Shown here piece by piece: positions 48,901-59,560 of a DNA stretch of 64,000 nt. The stretch lies in assembly GCA_964187785.1 (NCBI GenBank), contig OZ076409.1:91700001-91764000 (forward strand), written 5' to 3'. The notes beneath the pieces were generated by a model. The model searched no databases and had not been told where the DNA came from. It was given only the letters and a program-made list of their open reading frames with translations. Position 1 is the stretch's first letter; every line of letters begins with the position of its first letter. A program made the position numbers and the translations under genes. The stretch is from Amphiscolops sp. MND2022. Its lineage: Eukaryota.

Positions 48901-50024
48901 AGGACTTTCTGAAGAGCTACGAGTTCGGGACAGAGTTGCATCGGGCCAATACTGGAGAATTGTAGTTCCGAAATCGTTGTCGAGAATTTGTGGACCACTT
49001 AGTTGACGTCATCCTTGCGCAGCAAGTTGTCTCTTCGGATTTTTTCCAAGGTCTCTATTGTTTCTGCCCCGAGCTGCTTCTGGAAGGGGATGATCGCCAC
49101 GTGTTCCAGCTATTTTCCCGTTTGTTGCGCGTACTTGAGAGATGTGGGGTCATTCAAAGTGGAGTTGCGCGCACTAGTCTAGAAGAGTTCACTACCTTTG
49201 TCGTTGATGCCCGAGCCCGACACCGTGATTCAGGTAGAAGCGCAGAAGAGATCTCTGATATTGTCTCTCATTTGTTGGGCGATTACAGTTTCATGTCCCG
49301 AAGGGATTTGGCTCGAGTTTTGAAAATATGCAGTCTAGTTGTTGCTCGTCCTCAAATTTGCATGCCCAAGATTGAGATCGATTTGGATCGCTGTGCCGTT
49401 CCTGCTTCCGTCATTATGTCGTCATTGCGGGGTGTACAGAGTCTTGTGCTGTCCGCAAATTATAAGCAAGGGGCGCTTTTCACACAGGGGACTATGGAGA
49501 GTGTCCGCGACGCCATCGCTAGTAGTCGCCAGTTTATGTCAAGTGCCTCCTTTGATCCTTGGGAGAGTCTGTGTTGTGGTCGCTCATCGTTTGTCACAAA
49601 ATATTCGTCTGCTTTTGACGACTACCTTGCGCGTAAGAAGAAGGAGGCAGATGAACAATTGCACAACGCCAATCGTGAGCCTCGTCACGTCCGCTTTTCG
49701 GAGTCTGGTGGGTCACGGACTTCAAGTGTGTGTGGTTCCCCGCGATCTGTTTTTAAGCCAGTTGTGTCATGTACGGCTACTTCGCCTGGGGCTATTGCTG
49801 CTAGTACTTCTAAAACGTCGGGACGTCGTCCAATTGTGGAAGACTCTTCATTGTCTGCAATCTTGGAGCGAAAGAAAAGTGTCAGGAGTGCTGCTGCTGA
49901 GAGTAAGGTGGGTGCTGTGAAGAAAAGTACGGATGAGGGCCCTTCCAAGGATGCGAAAAAGGATCCTAAACTCGGGTCGAAGTCTTCTAGAGAGAAATCG
50001 TCTGTCAAGTCGAAGAGTGTATAA
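45906..50024 (+). pseudogene. Spliced antisense gene inside the retrotransposon (8 exons, ~1120 codons, BED-like zinc finger, hAT-transposase-like); one in-frame stop in this copy
   Basis: Exons 45906-46035, 46164-46571, 46659-46754, 46827-46946, 47044-47636, 47757-48377, 48485-48566 and 48712-50024. Seven GT-AG introns of 72-145 bp with phases 1,1,1,1,0,0,1; total 3363 nt in frame. Single TAG at 48963-48965 with the same frame open on both sides. C-X2-C-X16-H-X5-H at 47220-47300. Confidence 0.8.
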
Positions 50025-50265
50025 ACTTTGAAACAGTTATGAACTGAAGTTTGTGATTTTGGTTTGTAGTTTTTAGTCTGATATTTATTGCTGTTGATTT
50101 CCGTTGATTCCCTCTGATAAAATGAATGAGTTCTAGAGGAGGGTTATTTGAAAAGGGAAAAGAGAAAAAAAAGAAAAAAATCAGAGTAATGAGGGGCATT
50201 GTGTGTCCTGAATTGAAAAATTGTCAGATCGGTTCGGTCTGGACTCCTGATAAAGTCTTTTCCTC

Positions 50266-53200
50266 TTAGTGAGTCGTAGTCATAGCGTCAAGTCTTCTGA
50301 AGTCAGGATTAGCGTTGGGTTTGGGATTAGGTCGTAAATTGTATTTCGCTATTTTCCTCGGATTGTATCCGACTGCTGTAGGCGGTGATCTTGGGGGAAT
50401 GGGTGGACTTTCAATGGGTGGGGGGCAACGTATACATGGATTATCCCCTACGTCTGTAGTAAGATTCGAAAAATCCGGAGATGGCGGCGCTGCGTCGTTC
50501 ATAGTTTCAGGCTGATTGTTCGGTACTTGTTGCGTCGGCGTTTCGTCCTGCGTGTTCGCTTCTTTTTGCGTTACCGCTTGTTGGTCATTGTTTCCAGTCT
50601 CTCGCGTCTCGTGCTCATCGATCTGTTTTCCGAAATCCATTTCCCACGAGACTGCGTACCATTCATTGTGTGACACTTTGACATCTGGATCGGGAAGGTA
50701 ATTATCGGCTCGTACTGTGACGTCAGGCAAGCGTTGTTCTGGCACGTAAGGTCGTATGCGAATTCTGTGTAGTGTTTGTGTATATCTTGTGCCAATTTTT
50801 CGTATTGTGTAGTTGTTGTTTGAGAGCACTTTGATTACTACATACGGTCCTGTCCAGATGCAGTCTTGAAACGCAAATTTTGTCGCTTGATTGTCGGCTT
50901 TCGGGTTGAGTATATAGCAGTAGTCGTTAATTTTCAATGGAGCTGCGGTCGCTTTGCGGTCGTAGTATTTTTTTGTATTTGAGGTAGGATAGCATGATGT
51001 TGTCTTTTGCCGTCGCTCTCACTTCGTCGATTTGTTTTTGGAGTTGTTCTGCTATATCCGAGTGGGGGGTGGTTTTCCACTTTGGCTTGATGCCTAGTTT
51101 TAAATCAAGAACGTTGTAAGGTATACGTCCGTGAAATACTGTAGATGGTTCGCAGCCCAGAGTTTCATGGTATGTTGTATTGTAATTCATCACTGCGATT
51201 TGGACATATTTGTGCCACATTGAGCGTCGTTCGCCCGTTGATATTTTTAGAGCAGTTTTGATTGAAGCGTGCGTTCTCTCCAAAATTCCGATTGTTTGTG
51301 CATGTTTTGTAGACGCGTGGCTGATTTGAATCTCGAGTATTTGGGCTATTTCTGTGACGACTTCTGATCGAAATTGTGAGCCCTTGTCTGATAGGATTAG
51401 TGTTGGCAAGTATGCATGTCTTGTCATAACGTCGACAATGCATCGTCCGATTGTTTTCGCTGTGACATTCTGCGTTGGATATGCAAATAGGTAACGTGAA
51501 AATACGTCGATCATCGTAACGATGTTCTGATATCCTGCAGAGTTTGGCAAATTTGGTAGTATGTCAATTTCAAGAATGTCCTCCGGACCAAGGACGTGTT
51601 CCGTATTGTTGATCATTTTCGGTCTGATTTGGCTGTTGTTGATTCGTTTATATTTGATGCAGTCTTCGCATTGCATTACCCACTGTCTGATCCTCTTTGC
51701 TAATCCGGGGTAGTAATACTTTGATCGGCATTCTTGGATCATTTTTGTGATTCCTGGGTGCTTTCCCATTTGTCCATGAATTGCTTTCAAGAGTTCTGTG
51801 ATTAAATGTTCAGGGATTAAAATTTGATGGTGAGTGACTTGGCCACATTCCCCGTAGTATTTGCGCATTAATATTCCGTCTTTCACTATTAGTCTGTTCT
51901 CGTGGAGTAGGAGACGTTTAGCTGTCGGATCAGTCTGTAGAAGGTGTTTGTCGTATTCTTCACATATCAGTTTCTTTTTGATTGCTTTGAAAACCAAATT
52001 CGAGTCTTGTTCGACTCTAATGCGTGCGTCTTCTTTTATTGCCCCAAAAGTATAAGATGCTTTATTTATTGGAATTGGGGTGGTTTCTTTGATGGCTAGT
52101 TTAATTTTGGGCGTCCCTTCGTCGCGCGCATTTTGTCTAGCTTGTTCCTTCTGCAATAGGATTTCTTCTTCTGTTTCAATTGTTTCATCCGGAAGGAAGA
52201 AAAGTTGTTCCTCATCCGCGACGTCCGTTGATTGAAGATTCACTTGAATTGGTCTGATTGTAATGTCTTCCCTGATTTTTAGCTCAACTCTTTCTTTGTG
52301 ATTGAGATCAATTCTTGAGAGGAAATCGGCCGCCGTGTTTTGCGTACCCGCGACGTGCATTATGTGGAAGTTGAATTGTAATACATAATCACATGCATTC
52401 CACAGAGTGGGCGGGATCGCTTTTGTTTGAAAAAACGCGTTACTGATCTGTTGTCGGTCATCACGAGAGTTGGTAGGGTTGTTTCCCATAGAATATGGCT
52501 GTATTCGAGGAAGGCATGATAGATTGCTAGGAATTCCTTGCAATAGATTGACATTTTGATTTGGGCTGGGGAAAACACTTTTGATCCGAATGCGACTGGT
52601 GCAAATGTCTTCTTTTTTGAATTGAGTTTTTTGTCATTGTCCTCTTCAATCATTAATGCATAGCCGGAGGCTCGAAAGCTGGCATCCGTCATTAGGACGT
52701 ATTGACGTCCTGTGATTGGTTGTTTGAGTGCCAACCCGCAGGCTTGCGACAGCGCTGCGTTGATCGCCTTGTAATGGTCGAGTAGTTTCTCATTGATTTT
52801 AATTTGTTTATCTGCTTTCAGTAGCTCATAGAATCCGGGTAATTTTTCAGATAATCGCGGGATGTAGTTGCGATAATAATTGACAAAGCCGATGTATCTT
52901 TGTACTTGTTTCTTTGATTTCGGAAATCGTATATTTGCTAGAAAATTTTGAATTTTATGATCCTGCGGGGCGATTCCTTGTGGTGTGATCGTTCTTCCAA
53001 GGAATTCGACTTCGGTTACTCCTAAATGGCATTTTTCGATAGTTAATTTGAGTCCCGCTCTTCTGATACATTCAAAAACTGCTCGAATGTTGCGTATCAG
53101 TTGCGCTACAGAATTGGCCGCTATTCCGATGTCGTCCACGTACTGCGCGCATTGATCGGCTTTGATTACTTTATCCAAGTATTCTCGCATGAAGCTTGAA

Positions 53201-55202
53201 AATGCCGACAGGGCTCTGTCAGTCCTTGTGCTAGGCGTTTGTAGGCGAACGTTCTGCTTGCAAAGTTGAAAGCTAGCATTTCGATTGATCGTTGGTCTGC
53301 CATCTGTAGGCAATGATATGCCTGTGAGCAGTCTAATTTGCAAAACAACTTTTTCCCAGCTAGGTGTTGGGCTGCATCTGACAGGGTGCTGACTGGGTGG
53401 TTATTGTTGATGTAGTCATCTGGGATTAGTGCGTTTATTTTTCGCAGGTCGACAAGTAGACGCAATTTGCCATTTGGTTTCCTCTGTGCGAAAATTGGGC
53501 TTGCATACTTTGAAAATGGTAGGGTCGTTATTATGCCGTACCTGTGCATTAGCGCCAATTCGACTGTTAGGTCTTCTTTCAAATTGATTGGTACCGGCAA
53601 ACTTTGCGTATAAATCGGACGCTCGTCTTTCGGAGTTAATTTGACTTTGAAGCTATTGTTGATTCCAATGTCAAGGCGATGACGCGCAAAAATGTCGTTG
53701 TATTCGATTATTGTTTGTTCAAGTTGCTTCCTATCATTGCCTTCGATTTGGGAGCCTTCCCACTGGAACATGTCAAGGAATTTTTGTCTTGATTCTGGGT
53801 CTTTGGTTGGATCTAAGTTTTCCTTTTGGATGAGTTCACGGATTTCCTTCAAGATCCGACGTTGGATTGGCGTATGTTCTTCTTCGTTCCCTGGATTCTC
53901 GGGTGTGGGGAACCAAAGGTTTTCATCGCTTTGTTCATGTTCATTTGATTTCATAAGTTCGTTAATGTACATGTGTGTGTCATCAGGATCTTCTAACAAT
54001 TTGAGTGCGGCGGCGTCAACTGGTCGTATTTGTTTCGTGTCGTCAGGTTTGAGGATTTGTAGTTCTGCCAGCTTTGTATGATTCTTTATTGTATGTGGGA
54101 AATCCGTTAGGTTGGCGATTCTGATGTTGAGCCTTTTGTTATGTGCTGTCGCCAGAGCTGGTGCAACAATGATTGTTGCTGTTTCATCAAATTGTGGTAG
54201 TGGTTGTACCGCACCAGTGACGTCATGCATGTTTGTGGTTATGACTATTGCGTTCACTGTTGTTGTCTGTTGAGGCGGCAGTGTCTGATGTCCTTCTGCC
54301 ATTATTTGAAGCGGTTTTGGGTTGCATTTTTTCATTTCGTCTGTCATGGCTAACGTCATTTCGACGTGCGGGAAATTGATGGTTCCGTTGGCAGTGTCAA
54401 TTACTGCTTGATGATTTCTCATGAAGTTCAATCCTATGATAGGGAATGACGTTTTCGATAGGATGACGAAGGTATCCGTGAAGGTATATGTTCCAATATT
54501 GAACTGGATGTCCGCTGTGGCTATTGGTTGCTCTAGTTGTGCGTTTGCGCATTCGATCTTGAAGGGGGGTTGAGGGTATTCTTTTATGACACAACTATCA
54601 CTGTTCATTTTGATTGCGTTGTAGTCTGACCAGGACATGGCATTGATGAACGCGCCTGAGTCGACGAGTCCATCCATTGTTATCTCGCCGAATTCGAGTG
54701 GCAAGTACAGCATTCTCCTTCTATTCTTGAGGACTATGGTGGAATGGAGGGGTATGTATGTTTCTCCATCTTTTTCAGTAACATACTCTTTGATAGAGTT
54801 AAGAGATGTGGGGAAATCCTCTGGGAAGATAGGTACTTGGTTGGAGCCATGGGTATCTTCCTTTGTCTGTGTTGACGATGGTTGGTCGTCGAGGGCGTTT
54901 TCGGTTTGTTCTGTTTGGGTTATGGTGGATTGTGTTGTATTGGTGAGGGGTGGCTGGATGAGAAGATTTGGGTGTTGTTTGTGGTCGTCTCCATGATCCT
55001 CATCTTGTGTCAGTTCCTTTTCGGTTTGTATGAGGGGTCTTCGTATGGAAGCGAGTGCCTGACGTCTCAGCCAGTCCTCTGTTGGAGTTCCATCGCATTC
55101 TATAGTTGTTTCGTTGGTGTATGTAGTAGGGGGATCATTTGCTGAATACGCCCTCGCGTCTACTGTTTCCCCGAAGCGCAGGCGCGGCGTATCTAGTTTT
55201 TT
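50266..55202 (-). pseudogene. pol: Gypsy pol polyprotein (protease, RT, RNase H, integrase) with three single-base frameshifts
   Basis: Protease LVDSGA. RT LRLLVDLRKIN, KLDCSQAYH and YVDD. RNase H MTDAS...KEFLAI. Integrase H..H..CEDC, IDILP / SDKGSQF / ERTH and GPY. Frame breaks near 53219, 52430 and 50970. The -1 frame is open from the gag slippery site to the protease. Confidence 0.95.
55144..55202 (-). promoter_or_regulatory. -1 ribosomal frameshift signal (A AAA AAC plus GC-rich stem-loop)
   Basis: gag ends TCA AAA AAC TAG (heptamer 55202-55196). ATACGCC...GGCGTAT stem begins 3 nt downstream. pol is in the -1 frame, which has a stop just upstream of the heptamer. Confidence 0.85.
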
Positions 55203-56629
55203 GATTCAATGACAGAGTTAGCTGTCGTTGGTTGGACGGGAACGTCCCTTTTTGGTTCCGGGTTATTATGACGCTTAGGTCGTGGATCGTTGGCAGAGTT
55301 GGCTCCGTTCCAACAATCTTCCGTTTTGTGAGGTTTGCCGCATGTGTCGCATTTAAGCGATTTGCCTGCACTAGAGTTGGTTTGACCATTGTTCTGCCTG
55401 ATCTGCATCCATTTATCTCTCTTCATTTTCCTACATTCCGCTTTGTAGTGTCCAAATTTGTTGCAGTAGAAGCAATATCCCTTTTTGACATTTTGCGTCG
55501 TGCTGTCGACTTGTTTGGGTTCAGTTTTTGTTGGGGCCGGTTCTACTTTATTTAGTGGTACCAGTGTTACTTCATCTGGCGCCCCAAGGCCGTTAAGCCT
55601 CATTTCTCTTTCCAAGTGTAGCACAATGTCATTATATGGCTTGTCTTCGAGATACGCCCTGTTTAGTATCTTTTTTACATGATCTGGCATTTTTGCGTAT
55701 ATTGCCTTGTCAATGAATTGTTGGGCTTCAGATCCGAAGGCTTCTTTGGCCGTTTTTTGAAGTACGTCTAGAAATTCATGGAGTTTCTGGTTCGAGGGGT
55801 CAAATCTGAGCGCATCCCATTCGCATCTTGCTTTAGCCGTAGACAGGTAGTCCCCGAAACGTCGTTTGAATATCGTCATTATTTCGTCAAGGGAATCTTT
55901 TTTCGTGTCTTCTATATTGCAAAACGCCTGGAGGGCGTCTCCTCTGAGTAGCGAGTGGAAATAGTTAATTTTCTGTATTTCCGTGAGATGGGGATACATT
56001 TTTATGTTGTTGCGGAAAAGATCTTCGAATAATTCAAATTTTTCCGATTTCCCGTCGAACGTTGGGAGAGATGCCGTTAGTGCCTTTGGCATGGGCAGCG
56101 TTGTGCTGTCACCTTTTTCCGATGTAAACAGGGTCCTTGCCACAACTGGACGTTCTTTTGACGTTGGCTGACTTTGGGACCGGGCCTTCGTTCTTTTTGG
56201 CTGGTTAGTGGAGTCGGTTAAAACTCCTGTCACCATGTTACGACATGCTATCGAGTCGTTTTGAGTTGAACTTATTCTCACTGACTTTGTAGTGGTATGA
56301 AAATTTCTAGTATCCTCTTCCACTTCTTCCTCAGTATTCTCCCTGATGCTTCCCCTTGTTTCAGGTTTTAGTAGTTTCAACATCTCTCTCTGGGATTCGG
56401 CAAGGAGAGTCTTAATTTCTGATGTTATTTCATCTTTCAAGGATGCCCTTAAACTCTCCAAGAAACTATTTTCAATTCGAGGAGATTTTGGTCTGGAAGG
56501 ACCCGACACGTCTACGTCCTGGTTTGAAGAGCACGGATTTTCCATCACTATTAGTGAAATAAAACCCTCACTTACGTCCTTGTCGCCTTGTTGCTCATTC
56601 CTTCTTTTCTGGCTTCTAGTTGTAGACAT
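55193..56629 (-). CDS. gag: Gag with two CCHC zinc knuckles (478 aa)
   Basis: LPTFDGKSEKFELF capsid-like motif; knuckles CFYCNKFGHYKAEC and CDTCGKPHKTEDC; intact ORF. Confidence 0.92.
   Translation of the reverse strand: MSTTRSQKRRNEQQGDKDVSEGFISLIVMENPCSSNQDVDVSGPSRPKSPRIENSFLESLRASLKDEITSEIKTLLAESQREMLKLLKPETRGSIRENTEEEVEEDTRNFHTTTKSVRISSTQNDSIACRNMVTGVLTDSTNQPKRTKARSQSQPTSKERPVVARTLFTSEKGDSTTLPMPKALTASLPTFDGKSEKFELFEDLFRNNIKMYPHLTEIQKINYFHSLLRGDALQAFCNIEDTKKDSLDEIMTIFKRRFGDYLSTAKARCEWDALRFDPSNQKLHEFLDVLQKTAKEAFGSEAQQFIDKAIYAKMPDHVKKILNRAYLEDKPYNDIVLHLEREMRLNGLGAPDEVTLVPLNKVEPAPTKTEPKQVDSTTQNVKKGYCFYCNKFGHYKAECRKMKRDKWMQIRQNNGQTNSSAGKSLKCDTCGKPHKTEDCWNGANSANDPRPKRHNNPEPKRDVPVQPTTANSVIESKN
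56224..56235 (-). other. Primer-binding site TGGTGACAGGAG
   Basis: Begins with TGG immediately after the terminal CA of the 5' LTR. It is one mismatch from the common tRNA-Leu PBS TGGTGTCAGGAG; the cognate tRNA is not established. Confidence 0.8.
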
Positions 56630-58712
56630 TTTGAAGAAAAGCTTTATCTTGAAGAATTGATTTTTCCAAAGATAATTTTCAACAAAGTTAGCTGAGATTA
56701 GAGTTTAGCGAAATTGAGAATTCAACTGAATTAATCAATTGCAAAAGACTGAGTCCCTGAGTCAATGAAAGTCATCCTATATATACCCTCCTATCATCAT
56801 TTGATCACGATTAAAATCCTAATTTTCCTCGAACAATCAGTCATTTCCTGTATTTTCGATGAAAAAATCATTTGTTCCCAATTTTACGTCGATAACTCGT
56901 CAATTTTTAAGACACGACAATTTAAATCTAGCATTAGTCATCAACCACGATCATATCATTTCAGCTCGGCGTCCTTTGCTTTCCTCCCAAGCAGGAAGTA
57001 GATATTACTTCAGTCTGTCAAACCGGAAATGATTCCCTGTTTTACTGCTTTGGTTCGTAGGAAAATGACGCGGAGATGACGCTGATGTGAACAACTAATA
57101 CCTGATTTTGAATTTTTACTTGAAGGAAATGCTATGACTAATGTTTTCAGCTTTGGAATTTCCAATGATGCTAGGAAAAGTAAAGACAAAGCTATGGAAT
57201 TAGCTTCAATTTTTGAGTTGAATTCCCAATTCAGATAAATAGTAATTAAACCAAACCATCAACGTTTACATTAGAAAAACTAGAATGATTTGGCAACAGC
57301 TCTTGGCTACTACAATATTGGCTGAAAAGGTGGACGGAGTTATGACGTGTTAAAATCAAAGGTATTAACGAGTATGAATTTCACAATTGAATTCATTCAT
57401 ACTCGAGTTTAAACTTTGACGTCTTAACGTCGTTGGATTGAACTAATAAAAGTGGAACAGTCAGTTGCCAAAAGTGGTATGAAAATGATCACAATGAGAT
57501 GTATAAAAACAACAACAAGCACAGTTATATTGGGGGAAAACACGAATATGAATATTACAAAAATATGACCTCATTATTAAAATATAATCTTTGCTGGTTC
57601 ATAGCCCATAACTTTTCAGATACGTCAGATTGACGTCAGGTTACACACAATCATATTTATGGTCTGCTTCAAACAGCATAAAATGTACATTAATAACATT
57701 CCCCTTTTTGGAATAAACTGTGACTTAAATTATGAAGAATATGGAAATCCTAATCGGGTCATTTTACAATGTGATTCCAAAAGATTAGTATTTTTATTGA
57801 CGGGAACAGGACGTAAATTATCAAGTTTTATCCTTAACCTCGTAGAGTTCTAAAACATCTTTAAACGTTTCTTTTCCGTCAAATCCGACATATTAATATT
57901 CATTCCGCTGAACTGGATGGATTAAACCAACTATTTTGATGGATTTTGGACGTAACGCGGACGTACGTATTAAGATTAGCCTTAGTCCGCTGGTATTGGA
58001 CGTAACGCGGACGTATTTAAAATAAGAATTAGTCCGCGCCTGGAAGACAACACCGTGACGTCACTATGGCGGAAAATTGGAATGATTTTAAGTAGTGCCA
58101 CTAATATAGGCGGTAAATTGGAATGGTTCTCTAGTGAGCGCGGACGGAACGGTGACGTCACACTATATACTTTCAAGTCTGCTTCTTACCGACGTTTAAT
58201 ATACATGTATTCTTTATTTTGTTTACTTAGCGCAGTGCCTACGTCCTAATCCGCACTAATTGTTGTTCAAAGTGTAATTAAGCTGCCTTTCTTAGAAAAG
58301 GAGTGGATATCTCAGTGTGTCATCTCGATGTACTTTCTATTTTAGATTCAGATAATGTCTCTTTTCCAGTAGTGATTTTGGGTATGTTTTCGTTTAGATC
58401 AGTCTATGGTTTTTATTTCAAGACGTATGCTTAATTAAGTTTTCAGGTGGCGAATGTTTCTATTTTGACGAGGTGAAAACGTCCTGCCGGAAGTGTGTGA
58501 AATCATTTTGGCTCATTTTAGTTTCTGTTCTCATTTTCATTTAAACTCTGCGCACGTTAGACGTACTTTTAGTCACAGTTTATTCTAACATTAGTATGAA
58601 AGTTCAAGTCAGTAGCCAAAATACCTTTTCGAAAGTTTCGCTGTACAGCCGTGTCCTCGTCCGAACCCGATCCGTCTACATCCACAATCCAGTCCGGGAG
58701 CGGACTGTGACA
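56236..58712 (-). repeat. 5' LTR (2477 bp)
   Basis: TG...CA ends, followed by the TSD. Contains two GTGACGTCACTA palindromes and two TTGGACGTAACGCGGACGTA repeats. Confidence 0.95.
56748..56785 (-). promoter_or_regulatory. Candidate LTR core promoter (TATA plus Inr)
   Basis: On -: TATATATAGG at 56785-56776 and TCAGT at 56752-56748, about 31-35 nt apart and about 120 nt upstream of the gag ATG. Confidence 0.55.
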
Positions 58713-59219
58713 GTTAGTAATATTGGTAAATTTAAACTTTGTAGGGAATCCAAATGAAGATCAAGTATAAGGGTCTGAAACAGCGAACTTTGTGAAAATT
58801 TTGGCAATAGATGAAAAAATCTCAAACTCAATGTTAGTCGGGGAAGCCATTAATGATGGCCTTTTGAAAGGATTTCTGAACGAATATCTTCATATTTATT
58901 ATTTTGTTTTTTGGTAACAAAAAAGACAAACAGTTGCTACTATTGACCATTATGTCGCAAATTTGTTCAGTTTTCGAACATCTAAACAGATCAGATTAAC
59001 CAGAGAGTTCCACACACGCACACAGCCATCCAATATGTTCTTTAGAAGAAAATTTTGATGCGTTTTGGTCAAAAAATACAACTATGTTTCTAAAAACTGA
59101 TGTTTTATGTATGACTTTTCATTTTACATAAATTGTGTTATTTATTTAAAATCTATATTAAAACAACTTTAGCATTTTTCAGATTTTTCAGGCAAACTCT
59201 TCTTTCCAGAGTGATTCAA

Positions 59220-59560
59220 TAACAATGAAGCATAAATAGCTGCATATCACTTCGGGACTCTGAATACTTGGATGGTATTTCAGCAGTGCTACATTCATCC
59301 CAGCTTCTTTATGATTTTTAGGATTTTGTCCAGTTCACGAGCTTTCAGTCAGTTGGATAATTGAAGAGATTTGTCATGTGAAACAAAGCCATCAGTGATG
59401 AAAAGATTGTTTGATTCGAGGCTTCTAACGATTTTTTTTGGATATCGATGAAGGTCAATGCCAATAAAGTATAAACTCTGCAGACTCTAACTAATAGTAT
59501 GTATATTAGTAAACTATACCTGTCTATATACTCTTTCAATCAAACCAAATCTCCATAACA
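59220..59560 (-). pseudogene. Possible highly degenerate non-LTR RT fragment
   Basis: LTFIDIQKKSLEASNQTIFSSL loosely resembles the LINE RT xFLDxxKAFDxVxHxxLxxKL motif; many stops nearby. Confidence 0.3.

Larger units (their letters stand above)
42302..58712 (-). mobile_element. Full-length Ty3/Gypsy LTR retrotransposon (16,411 bp) with extra genes
   Basis: Direct repeats 42302-44782 and 56236-58712, each TG...CA. 5-bp TSD GTTAG (42297-42301 and 58713-58717). PBS present. gag followed by pol in the order PR-RT-RH-INT. Confidence 0.97.

Noticed and set aside
50135..50180. Purine run as the element's PPT
   Set aside because: It is purine-rich on +, opposite to the genomic RNA, and lies 5.4 kb from the 3' LTR.
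55135..55389. 84-aa ORF as the gag-pol transframe
   Set aside because: It is the +1 frame and stops at 55135; the -1 frame is the one continuous with pol.
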